DNA of 64,000 nt from an uncultured Bacteroidota bacterium (GTDB lineage: Bacteria; Bacteroidota; Bacteroidia; Bacteroidales; FEN-979): the NCBI GenBank assembly GCA_937900965.1, contig CALCGJ010000031.1, positions 17,341-81,340 on the forward strand, read 5' to 3'. A model generated the notes under the pieces. The model saw only the letters and a list, made by a program, of their open reading frames with translations, had not been told where the DNA came from and made no database searches. Below, in pieces: positions 35,619 through 44,736 of this stretch. A program made the translations under genes and the position numbers. The stretch's first letter is position 1. Every line of letters starts with the position of its first letter.

Positions 35619-37121
35619 ATGATAGAAGAACGTGCCAGCGGGATTCTCCTGCACCCCACTTCACTTCCGGGAAAATACGGGATCGGGACACTGGGAAAAG
35701 CTGCAACCGACTTTATTGACTTCCTTGTACGATCGAAACAGAAATACTGGCAGATCCTTCCACTGGGTCCAACCGGATATGCCGATTCGCCATACCAGTG
35801 TTATTCAGCCCATGCAGGTAACCCGAATCTGATTGATCTGGAGATTCTGGTCAAGGAACGTTTGCTTAGCTTCGAAGATCTGAATGAATTTCCCGTTTCT
35901 GATAATGGCCCAGTCGACTTCGACATGGTTCAGAAAGCAAGAAAACCATTCCTCTATAAAGCTTATAAAAACTTCAGTGAAAGGAATGATCCAACTGCAA
36001 AACTGAAATTCCGGAACTTCCTGAAAGAGAATTACTCCTGGCTGAATGATTATGCCCTGTTTGTAGCCATTAAAAACAACCTTGAGTTCAAACCATGGTA
36101 TGACTGGGAAGAAGATATCAAAAAGCGGCAACCCGAAGCATTGAAACACTATGAGGATCTGGTCCGGGATGAGATCGATTACAATAAATTCACCCAGTAT
36201 ATCTTTTTCCGGCAATGGACTTCTGTTAAAGAGTATGCCCATCAGAGATCGGTCCGGATCATCGGCGATATTCCACTCTATATCTCCCCCGACAGCGCCG
36301 ATGCATGGACCAATCCCGGAATCTTCGAATATGATGAAGAACTCAACCCCATCCATGTCGGGGGTGTCCCTCCCGACTATTTCAGTGAAACGGGTCAACT
36401 CTGGGGGAATCCTCTTTTCCGTTGGGAAGAAAAAACAGAAGAGGTCTTCCGTTGGTGGGCCGACCGGATACAGAGTAATTTGAACATGTTTGACATCATC
36501 CGGATTGATCATTTTCGCGGATTTGCAGCTTATTGGGCTGTACCCTATGGCGAGACCACCGCAATCAACGGCAATTGGGTTGATGGGCCGGGGAAGGAGT
36601 TCTTCACAGCCATGGTTGAACGGCTTGGTAATCTGCCGGTCATAGCAGAAGATCTGGGTGTGATCACCCCTGATGTTGAAGAACTTCGCGATGAATTTGG
36701 TTTCCCCGGAATGAAAGTCCTCGAGTTTGCTTTTGATTCAGCCGAGACAAATGATTACCTGCCATTCAACTATACAAAAAACTGTATTGTATATACGGGG
36801 ACGCATGATAATGACACCGTAAAGGGGTGGTTTGCCGCTGCCAGTGATTCTGACCGGGCCTGCACACTCAATTATCTCAATACAACAGGAGAAGATATCC
36901 ACTGGGATATGATCAGACTCGCTTTGTCTTCTGTTGCGAATACAGCTATTATTCCCCTGCAGGATCTGCTGGGGCTGGATTCATCGGGGCGGATGAATGT
37001 ACCTGGAACGACAAACAACAACTGGCGATGGAGAGCCCTTACAGAGGACTTTACAGATGAACTGGCGGCAAAACTGGCAAAGCTGACAGTGCTATTTGGA
37101 AGATATAACGAGGGAAAGTGA
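35619..37121 (+). CDS. malQ: 4-alpha-glucanotransferase (amylomaltase), GH77
   Basis: The N-terminus is RASGILLHPTSLPGKYGIGTLG. It also has IIGDIPLYI, RIDHFRGF and TGTHDNDT. Confidence 0.9.
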   Translation: MIEERASGILLHPTSLPGKYGIGTLGKAATDFIDFLVRSKQKYWQILPLGPTGYADSPYQCYSAHAGNPNLIDLEILVKERLLSFEDLNEFPVSDNGPVDFDMVQKARKPFLYKAYKNFSERNDPTAKLKFRNFLKENYSWLNDYALFVAIKNNLEFKPWYDWEEDIKKRQPEALKHYEDLVRDEIDYNKFTQYIFFRQWTSVKEYAHQRSVRIIGDIPLYISPDSADAWTNPGIFEYDEELNPIHVGGVPPDYFSETGQLWGNPLFRWEEKTEEVFRWWADRIQSNLNMFDIIRIDHFRGFAAYWAVPYGETTAINGNWVDGPGKEFFTAMVERLGNLPVIAEDLGVITPDVEELRDEFGFPGMKVLEFAFDSAETNDYLPFNYTKNCIVYTGTHDNDTVKGWFAAASDSDRACTLNYLNTTGEDIHWDMIRLALSSVANTAIIPLQDLLGLDSSGRMNVPGTTNNNWRWRALTEDFTDELAAKLAKLTVLFGRYNEGK

Positions 37122-37145
37122 TCTGTTTTTATTAGAACATTGATG

Positions 37146-37216
37146 ACACAGATAACACATGATCTTCACTGATTTATTATCTGTGATTATCAGTAGAAAT
37201 CAGTATAATCTGTGTG
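37146..37216. repeat. 9-nt periodic ACACAGAT-type direct/inverted repeat block
   Basis: acacagata acacatgat … tatctgtga … taatctgtgtg. It belongs to the same word family as 44627..44715. Confidence 0.75.
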
Positions 37217-37274
37217 CCATATTTTCTTTAATTTAACAGCCTCAAAAGAATATCAACCAGAAAGATCAGAAAAC

Positions 37275-39137
37275 ATGCTACGGAGTGTAATAGTGATCAT
37301 CGCAGGATTTCTGAGCCTGACCCTTGTCGCACAGAAAAACCAGGAATTACGTGTAGAGCCTACATTCTGGTGGACTGGATTTCAACATCCGGAACTTCAG
37401 CTTCTTGTCCATGCAAATAACATCTCTGCAACTACTGTCGCTTTCTCCTATCCGGGAGTCGAAGTGGCCAGTATTGAGACGGTAAAGAATCCGAACTACC
37501 TCTTTATCAACCTCCTTATCTCTGACGAAGCCAAACCCGGGAAATTTCAGGTTCGGTTCATGAAAGAGAAAGCCGTGGTTGAGGAATATTCCTATGAATT
37601 GAGGCAACGGGATCTCAGCAGAAAGTATCACCGGGGTTTCGATGCTTCCGATGTGATCTATCTCCTGATGCCCGACCGGTTTGCCAATGGTGATACAACC
37701 AACGACAATGCCCCAGGTATGAGAGAAGATGCTGACCGGGCAAACCCAAACGGCCGTCATGGCGGAGATATCAAGGGAATTACCGATCACCTTGATTACC
37801 TGGAAGAACTTGGGGTTACGACTCTCTGGATAAATCCCCTGCTTGAGAACAACCAGGAAATATATTCCTACCACGGATATTCCACTACCGACTATTACAA
37901 AATAGATCCGCGATTTGGCACAAATGAAGATTATGTTGCCCTCTCTAATGCGATCCATGCCCGCGGAATGAAACTGGTTATGGATATGATCTTCAACCAT
38001 TGCGGCAGCTTCCACTGGTGGATGAAAGACCTCCCTTCGGATGACTGGATCAACGAATGGCCGGAATTTACCCGTACTTCATACCGGGCAGGTACGGTTT
38101 CTGATCCTTATGCCTCTCCTGCCGACAGTGAGAAATTTGTCAGGGGCTGGTTTGACCAAACTATGCCCGATCTCAACCAGCACAACTCCTACCTGAAGAA
38201 TTACCTGATCCAGAACAGCATCTGGTGGACCGAATTCGCTCATCTTGACGGCATCAGACAGGACACCCATCCTTATCCCTTCAAGGATATGATGGCGGAA
38301 TGGGGGAAACGAATGAAGGATGAATATCCCCATTTTAACATCATTGGCGAATGCTGGATGGCATATCCCTCCACCGTAGCTTACTGGCAACAGGATGCCC
38401 CCAATAAAGACGGATACAATTCATACCTCCCCAGCGTGTTTGATTTTCCCATGTACGACGCACTACGTGAGGCCTTCACCCAACCCGAAGGCTGGAATAC
38501 AGGGATCCTTCACCTGTACGAGGTGCTGTCGCAGGATGGGGCCTATCCGGATCCAATGAATGTGGTCACCTTTGCCGACAATCACGATGTGAACAGGTAT
38601 CTGAAAACGCAGCAGAATGATGTTCGTAACCTGAAAATGGCCATGGCTTTTATCCTGACCACGCGAGGTATTCCCCAGATCTTTTACGGCACCGAGATGC
38701 TGATGACCACCGGAGAAGATGAGGGGCATGGCGCCCTCAGGCATGATGTCCACGGAGGCTGGCCCGGTGACGTTCGGGATGCATTTACCGAAAAAGGAAG
38801 AACTCCGGAGGAGCAGGATATGTTTTCCTACCTGCAAACCATTCTGCGATGGCGAAAAAATAATCCGGTAATTCATTCCGGGCAACTGAGTCATTACATT
38901 CCACAGGATGGCGTTTACGTCTATTTTAGGTATAATGAAACAGATACGGTGATGGTGGTGATAAATAAGAATGACGAAATAAAAGCCCTCGATACAAGTC
39001 GATTCTCAGACTTTCTGAGTAGCCATTCCATAGGAAATGAGATCATTACCGGGCAACAAATAAACCAACTGAATCCCATTACTCTTGCTCCGAAATCAGT
39101 GAAGATTATTGAAATAAATCACCAATCAATAGAATGA
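37275..39137 (+). CDS. Periplasmic GH13 alpha-amylase-family enzyme, SusA-like neopullulanase/cyclomaltodextrinase type
   Basis: The ATG at 37275 gives an SPI-type signal peptide, MLRSVIVIIAGFLSLTLVAQ. The GH13 regions are DMIFNHCG, GIRQDTHPY, IIGECW and FADNHDVNR. Confidence 0.85.
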   Translation: MLRSVIVIIAGFLSLTLVAQKNQELRVEPTFWWTGFQHPELQLLVHANNISATTVAFSYPGVEVASIETVKNPNYLFINLLISDEAKPGKFQVRFMKEKAVVEEYSYELRQRDLSRKYHRGFDASDVIYLLMPDRFANGDTTNDNAPGMREDADRANPNGRHGGDIKGITDHLDYLEELGVTTLWINPLLENNQEIYSYHGYSTTDYYKIDPRFGTNEDYVALSNAIHARGMKLVMDMIFNHCGSFHWWMKDLPSDDWINEWPEFTRTSYRAGTVSDPYASPADSEKFVRGWFDQTMPDLNQHNSYLKNYLIQNSIWWTEFAHLDGIRQDTHPYPFKDMMAEWGKRMKDEYPHFNIIGECWMAYPSTVAYWQQDAPNKDGYNSYLPSVFDFPMYDALREAFTQPEGWNTGILHLYEVLSQDGAYPDPMNVVTFADNHDVNRYLKTQQNDVRNLKMAMAFILTTRGIPQIFYGTEMLMTTGEDEGHGALRHDVHGGWPGDVRDAFTEKGRTPEEQDMFSYLQTILRWRKNNPVIHSGQLSHYIPQDGVYVYFRYNETDTVMVVINKNDEIKALDTSRFSDFLSSHSIGNEIITGQQINQLNPITLAPKSVKIIEINHQSIE

Positions 39138-39147
39138 CCCCTCCTAA

Positions 39148-39194
39148 CCTCCCATTAAAGGGGAGGATTAAGTCCCCTTCAGGGGATTTAGGGG
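39148..39194 (+). repeat. Composite: hairpin CCTCCC-attaaag-GGGAGG followed by the R1 element AAGTCCCCTTCAGGGGATTTAGGGG (39170..39194)
   Basis: Read directly. The same hairpin+R1 composite is at 55768..55810. It lies between the GH13 stop (39137) and the MFS start (39215). Confidence 0.9.
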
Positions 39195-39214
39195 TTAAAA
39201 CGTAATTTGAAATC

Positions 39215-40447
39215 ATGTTAGCGATCCAGAAAAAACTCAGCAATATATTTTACGTGATCCTTGGCCTCCCATCCACCGCCATGGGATTTGCCCTGTCGAT
39301 CCAGATAGCTGTATTAAGCTGGATTCTTTATACAAAGTACGGACTGGATATCCATGAGATCGGGATCGTGTGGGCGGCAGGACCTATTGCCGGGATTATC
39401 GGACAACCGATCATCGGATTGATCAGCGACAAGATCTGGTTCTGGGGTGGGCGGCGACGACCTTTCATAATCATCGGTGGAGTCCTTGCTGCCCTTATGA
39501 TTCTTGCCCTCCCTAACCTGGATAAGATCAACGATTTTTTCGGGATCGGAAGTCTGATGGCAGTTGCTATCACCGTGGCGCTAACCCTCGATCTCTCCAT
39601 CAATATAAGTTTCAATCCCACCCGGTCAATCATTGCCGACGTAACCCCTGACGGGCAACCCAGAACCAAAGGATTCACCTGGATGCAATCTACTTCCAAC
39701 CTCTTCGGTAGTCTTGCTTATCTCACCGGTGCCCTTCTGGGCAACTATACCCTGATCTATGCGGGTGTTGCTGTTGTCTTTCTCTTTTCCATAGGCCCTC
39801 TCTTTTTCATCAGAGAACCCCGTGCACTTACCGAAACCAATAAACAAGTTGCCACGCGAACCCAATGGGGGGAACTTTTCAAACTCTATTTCGCTCATAG
39901 CTTCTCCTGGCTTGGGATTCAAACTATGTTTATCTACATTATAGCTTTCATTGAACAGAAGATCCATCCTGAAACCGCAATTCAGACAGGCCAGATCATC
40001 GGATGGTCCTTCTTTATCCTGAATGCGGTTGGATTCATATGGCCCGCATTCCTGCTGGAGCCTCTGAGTAAAAAGATCGGCAGGGTTCCTACGCAGGCAA
40101 TCTGTGTTGCCTCCATGTCGCTGGGCTATTTTGGCATTGTCCTCTGGGCTCATAACGCCATCTTACTATACATCCTGATGGGGGTACTCACCTTTGGATG
40201 GGCAGCCGTGGTCAGTCTGCCATTTGCCATCATGTCGGAAATGGTGAACAAAGCCAGGATGGGATTTTTCATGGGGATATTCAACCTCTCGGTAGTACTA
40301 CCACAGCTTGTCGCCAGCTTTGTGATCGGAAGCATTGTTATGCGATCAGCCAATAAAAACATCATCTTCATTATCAGCGGAGTATCACTGGCCGTTTCGG
40401 CCCTTCTCTGGCTCACAGTCAGGGAGAAGAAAAAGACAGGTTCTTAG
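39215..40447 (+). CDS. Second SLC45/GPH-like MFS sugar transporter (paralog of 34200..35513)
   Basis: It has the signature LISDKIWFWGGRRRPFIIIGG and 12-TM composition. Confidence 0.8.
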   Translation: MLAIQKKLSNIFYVILGLPSTAMGFALSIQIAVLSWILYTKYGLDIHEIGIVWAAGPIAGIIGQPIIGLISDKIWFWGGRRRPFIIIGGVLAALMILALPNLDKINDFFGIGSLMAVAITVALTLDLSINISFNPTRSIIADVTPDGQPRTKGFTWMQSTSNLFGSLAYLTGALLGNYTLIYAGVAVVFLFSIGPLFFIREPRALTETNKQVATRTQWGELFKLYFAHSFSWLGIQTMFIYIIAFIEQKIHPETAIQTGQIIGWSFFILNAVGFIWPAFLLEPLSKKIGRVPTQAICVASMSLGYFGIVLWAHNAILLYILMGVLTFGWAAVVSLPFAIMSEMVNKARMGFFMGIFNLSVVLPQLVASFVIGSIVMRSANKNIIFIISGVSLAVSALLWLTVREKKKTGS

Positions 40448-40469
40448 ATAAACCCAAAAAGCATGTGAA

Positions 40470-40760
40470 ATGAAGAAGGAAAAAATCATAGTAAAAGGAA
40501 CTGAGATTTCAGTTTTACAGTTTAATAGAGAAGACTTCATTTCTCTCACTGATATTGCAAGATACAAAGATGCTAACCGTACAGATTATATTATACAAAA
40601 CTGGTTAAGAAACAGGAATACTATTGAGTTACTTGGCTTTTGGGAACAAATCTATAATCCTGATTTTAAACCCATCGAATTCGATGGGTTTAGAAAAAAA
40701 GATAAAGTCATTGCTTCAAAATGTAACATTGAAAAAACTAAAGTAGATTATGATAGATAG
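40470..40760 (+). pseudogene. Truncated KilA-N domain gene (N-terminal ~75 aa only)
   Basis: KIIVKGTEISVLQFNREDFISLTDIARYK…IQNWLRNRNTIELLGFWEQIYNPDFKPIEFDGF matches the N-terminal half of Bacteroidota KilA-N proteins. The frame then degenerates and stops. The local sequence is AT-rich. Confidence 0.65.
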
Positions 40761-42222
40761 AGTTTTTAATAAAGGCAGAGTTATGCTGATGCAAACCATT
40801 TGCCTGATCTCTTTAACCGGGCTCCACATAACGGGTTCACAGGCTCAGAGCTTTCAGCAGTTCATCGATTACCTCAATGCCCTGCCAGAGGAACAGCGGC
40901 AGGCAAAAGTGGACAGCTTCATGAGTGCCGGGCATTCATTCCCCTACACCGAAATGGATTCCCTCGTTGCCTTTGTATACCAGGGAACTGCAGTGAAAAT
41001 TGCTGTAGCCGGCGACGCCACCGGCTGGTCTCCTGACCTGGACCTGGAAAAGGTTGCAGGGACCGACTTCTGGTATTACCAGGCAGTATATGAACCTGAT
41101 GCCCGACTCGATTATAAATTCGTGAAGAACGGGGTTACCTGGCTCCTCGACCCGCTCAATCCCTATACCTGCACAGGTGGGTATGGTCCCAATTCAGAAC
41201 TCAGGATGCCCGCATGCACGATTCCTCCCGAAATCGCCTACTATCCTGCCATTCCTCACGGTACACTTCACGACACCCTTCTTTACAGCACAAACCTGGG
41301 AAACAGCCGGAGTATAAAGATCTACCTGCCACCCGGATATGATACTACCACCAGGAGTTACCCGGTTATCCTCTTTCATGACGGGCTGGAATACATCACC
41401 CTGGGAGAAGCGCCAAACATCCTCGACTACCTGATTGCACACCTGGAGATCGTTCCGGTGATCGCGATCTTTGTTCCCCCTGTCAACCGGAACCAGGAGT
41501 ATGCCGGATCCCTGAAGGAACCATTCAGGAAATTTATCATCGAAGAGCTGATGCCGGTATTTGATGAACAATACCGGATCGAAACCGATCCACAGAAGAG
41601 AGCCATGTTAGGTGCCTCCAATGGCGGGAACATCTCCCTCTATATCGGCATGAAAAACCCTGAATCATTTGGAAAGATAGCAGCACAATCCAGCAACATC
41701 CAGACAGAAATTTCCAATACTTTCCAGGGAAGTGACAAACTTGACCTGGAGCTGTACCTGGATATCGGGAAGTACGACATCCCGATGTTGATTCCGTTGG
41801 TGGCAAACCTGGTTTCCATTCTCGAAGCCAAACAATATGATTTTCAGCATTTCATTTTCAATGAAGGCCACAGCTATTGTAACTGGCGGGACCATTTACG
41901 GCTGCCTCTTGTTCAGTTCTTTCCATTCAACACAGGTATTCAGGAAAACCGGGGTCAGCTCAACTTTAAACTCGATCAGAATTATCCCAATCCTTTCAGG
42001 GAGCAGACCACTATTCCATTCTCCCTGACACCGGGAGCAGAAGCTTCATTGATTTTACAAACCATGAGCGGACAACATCTCGAAACACTTGTATCCGGGC
42101 GATTTGATCAACCCATAAATAACTTCGTGTTCCATAATAAGAATTATCCTGCCGGATCCTACAGTTATACCCTGATCGTGCAGGGCGCCTCAAAATCAAA
42201 AACCTTAACCATAATCAGATAA
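40750..42222 (+). CDS. Putative esterase (esterase D/enterochelin-esterase-like alpha/beta hydrolase) with N-terminal E-set/CBM48-like module and T9SS C-terminal sorting domain
   Basis: The N-terminal module is VKIAVAGDATGWSP…YKFVKNGVTWLLDPLNP. The esterase core is IYLPPGYD…YPVILFHDG…GASNGG. The C-terminus is NYPNPFREQTTIPFSL…YSYTLIV…LTIIR. An alternative start is the ATG at 40783. Confidence 0.75.
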   Translation: MIDRVFNKGRVMLMQTICLISLTGLHITGSQAQSFQQFIDYLNALPEEQRQAKVDSFMSAGHSFPYTEMDSLVAFVYQGTAVKIAVAGDATGWSPDLDLEKVAGTDFWYYQAVYEPDARLDYKFVKNGVTWLLDPLNPYTCTGGYGPNSELRMPACTIPPEIAYYPAIPHGTLHDTLLYSTNLGNSRSIKIYLPPGYDTTTRSYPVILFHDGLEYITLGEAPNILDYLIAHLEIVPVIAIFVPPVNRNQEYAGSLKEPFRKFIIEELMPVFDEQYRIETDPQKRAMLGASNGGNISLYIGMKNPESFGKIAAQSSNIQTEISNTFQGSDKLDLELYLDIGKYDIPMLIPLVANLVSILEAKQYDFQHFIFNEGHSYCNWRDHLRLPLVQFFPFNTGIQENRGQLNFKLDQNYPNPFREQTTIPFSLTPGAEASLILQTMSGQHLETLVSGRFDQPINNFVFHNKNYPAGSYSYTLIVQGASKSKTLTIIR

Positions 42223-42233
42223 CATCAGGCATC

Positions 42234-44615
42234 ATGAAGAAAATGGTTCGTTTTAGTACTATACTTTTCTCCATCCTGGTTCTGACAACCTGTAATCCCA
42301 GGCAACTTATCCAGGTATCTGACAACCCACTGATGAAAAAGATCGCCCCACCTGTTGTACTCGGGGAGGATTCTACGATTATCATACTGGCTGACTATTT
42401 CACGCAACCCGGCCTGATTGATTCTGTTACCACCGGATCTTTTCTGACCGTTAATTTTTCCGGCGACCATTCCCAATTGATCCTGAAACCTTCCGGGAGC
42501 ATGATCCCTCAGCTGTCGGTCCTGACCTGCTGGGGAGAGGGAGTTCCCTATGCGTTGCTCATCAAGCGTTCCTCTGTAATTCCCGTGACCTTCATATTCG
42601 ACCCACATGGAAAGCGTTACAATAAGGTACGGATCGCAGGCCAGATCAATGACTGGAATCCGGATAGGAATCCCATGCAATTCAACGGAAATACCTGGGA
42701 AACAAAAGTCTTGCTAACTCCGGGCAACTATCAGTATAAATTGGTGGTTGATGACGACTGGATCTTAGACCCGGGGAATCCCGATACAATCAGTAACGGC
42801 ATCGGTGGATATAACTCCCTGCTCAGGGCCGGGAACCTGATGTCGGAAGAGAGACCTTTTCTCTATACCCTCGATGCTACGGAGAACACAATCCTTGTTG
42901 GCGGCATGGAACTGGTTGATGAGGTTATTGTATTCTGGCAAAACTATCAGGTACCTGAACATCTACTTTACAGGGATAGCAGCACGCTGATCATCAGCCT
43001 GCCCCATGCGGCATCAGGGGAGGAACAGAGCTTCATAAGGGTTTGGGGCAGCAACGAAACAGGTGTTGGCAACGACCTTCTCATCCCGTTGAGAAAGAGG
43101 CATGTAATCACACGCCCTGATGAACTGTCGCGTTCTGATAAAGAGACCATGATCCTCTACTTCATGATGCTGGACCGGTTCAGGAATGGAAATCCACACA
43201 ATGATCAGCCTGTTGATGATCCGGAAGTCGATCCAAGGGTAAACTACCTGGGAGGTGATCTTCAGGGAATTATTGACAAGCTGGATGATGGCTACTTTAC
43301 AAACCTTGGCATCAATACACTCTGGCTATCGCCTGTGACCCAGAATCCCCTTTCGGCTTTCAGGGAGTACCCCGAACCACACCGCAAGTTCTCCGGCTAT
43401 CATGGTTACTGGCCACTCACGCTGACAACTGTAGATACCCGTTTCGGGACAGCAGAGGAGCTGAAGCAGCTGGTGAAAGAGGCTCACTCCAGGGATGTAG
43501 GCGTTATCCTTGATTTTGTAGCTCATCATGTTCATGAAAATTATCCCCTCCTGAAGGAACACCCTGATTGGATTACGCAACTGGATCTACCTGACGGGCG
43601 GAAGAATATCCGTTTGTGGGATGAATACCGCCTGAGCACCTGGTTCGACATTTTCCTCCCTACACTCGACCTTTCGAAACCCGAAGTATATGAACTGGTA
43701 TCCGATTCGGCTCTCTTTTGGATTGAGGAGTACCAGCTGGATGGATTCCGGCATGATGCCGCAAAACATGTCCCGCAGATTTTCTGGCGCACGCTCACAC
43801 GAAAACTGGACTCAATCCTGGAACCCGGGGGACGATCCATTTACCAGATCGGGGAGACTTTTGGCAGCCGTGAGCTGATTGGCAGTTACATCAATCCGGG
43901 AATGCTCGATGCCCAATTTGATTTTAACCTTTACTGGGAAGCAAAACTTGCATTTGCTTCCCCTGGTAGCTCGTTTCAGGATCTGAACATTGCTTTGCTG
44001 CAATCTCTCTCCTTTTTCGGATACCACAATCTTATGGGTAACATCACCGGGAACCAGGATATGGCAAGGTTCATCTCATACGCAGGAGGTGCGCTGAAAC
44101 CAAATGAAGACGATCGTGAAGCTGGCTGGCTGCGTGAGATAAAGGTAGTAGATACTATAGGCTACAGAAGGCTTGCCTCCCTGATGGCATTTAACATGAC
44201 CATCCCCGGGATCCCCGTCATTTATTATGGCGACGAATATGGTTTACCCGGAGCAAACGACCCTGATAACCGTCGGATGATGCAGTTCGAAGGCCTGACA
44301 AACCATGAGCAACGGACGCTTGATATCACAAAGAAACTAACCCACCTGCGCAGTGAGCACCTCCCGCTGTTATACGGAGACCTGGTACCGCTGGTTGTGA
44401 GTGACAGAAGATATGCCTACATGCGCGTCTACATGGGAGAGGCTGCAATTGTTGTTTTCAACAAAGATACAGAGAGTCAAACAGTGGAGATCGAACTGCC
44501 GGCATGGCTTCGTGAAGCCAGGTTGAAGGGACATTTCGGCTCCGAATTCAAGAAAAACGGTAATCTTCTAAAAGTACCATTAACCGGAAATTCATTTGAA
44601 ATATTAACACACTAA
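42234..44615 (+). CDS. GH13 alpha-amylase-family lipoprotein with CBM48-like module
   Basis: The lipobox is LVLTTC|N. The CBM48-like module is VRIAGQINDWNPDRNPMQFNGNTWETKVLLTPGNYQYKLVVDDDWILDPGNP. The GH13 regions are LDFVAHHV, GFRHDAAKH, IGETFG and GNQDMARF. Confidence 0.85.
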   Translation: MKKMVRFSTILFSILVLTTCNPRQLIQVSDNPLMKKIAPPVVLGEDSTIIILADYFTQPGLIDSVTTGSFLTVNFSGDHSQLILKPSGSMIPQLSVLTCWGEGVPYALLIKRSSVIPVTFIFDPHGKRYNKVRIAGQINDWNPDRNPMQFNGNTWETKVLLTPGNYQYKLVVDDDWILDPGNPDTISNGIGGYNSLLRAGNLMSEERPFLYTLDATENTILVGGMELVDEVIVFWQNYQVPEHLLYRDSSTLIISLPHAASGEEQSFIRVWGSNETGVGNDLLIPLRKRHVITRPDELSRSDKETMILYFMMLDRFRNGNPHNDQPVDDPEVDPRVNYLGGDLQGIIDKLDDGYFTNLGINTLWLSPVTQNPLSAFREYPEPHRKFSGYHGYWPLTLTTVDTRFGTAEELKQLVKEAHSRDVGVILDFVAHHVHENYPLLKEHPDWITQLDLPDGRKNIRLWDEYRLSTWFDIFLPTLDLSKPEVYELVSDSALFWIEEYQLDGFRHDAAKHVPQIFWRTLTRKLDSILEPGGRSIYQIGETFGSRELIGSYINPGMLDAQFDFNLYWEAKLAFASPGSSFQDLNIALLQSLSFFGYHNLMGNITGNQDMARFISYAGGALKPNEDDREAGWLREIKVVDTIGYRRLASLMAFNMTIPGIPVIYYGDEYGLPGANDPDNRRMMQFEGLTNHEQRTLDITKKLTHLRSEHLPLLYGDLVPLVVSDRRYAYMRVYMGEAAIVVFNKDTESQTVEIELPAWLREARLKGHFGSEFKKNGNLLKVPLTGNSFEILTH

Positions 44616-44626
44616 TTCTTATTGAA

Positions 44627-44715
44627 ACACAGATTACACAGAAAACACAGATTAACACAGATAATGAAATCCGTGATCATCTGTGTTGCCGAAGGCATCT
44701 GTGTCATCCGTGTTC
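44627..44715. repeat. Four direct ACACAGAWW 9/10-mers followed by inverted copies (ATCTGTGT x2, CCGTGAT/CCGTGTT)
   Basis: Read directly: acacagatt acacagaaa acacagatta acacagataa tgaaatccgtgatcatctgtgttgccgaaggcatctgtgtcatccgtgttc. It could fold as a long imperfect stem-loop. Confidence 0.85.
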
Positions 44716-44736
44716 TAAAATTAAAAAACAAAACCC

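Noticed and set aside
40448-40782. The KilA-N fragment as evidence for an intact prophage or mobile element
   Set aside because: Only a ~75-aa gene fragment is present. No integrase, transposase, att-like direct repeats or other phage genes are in the window.
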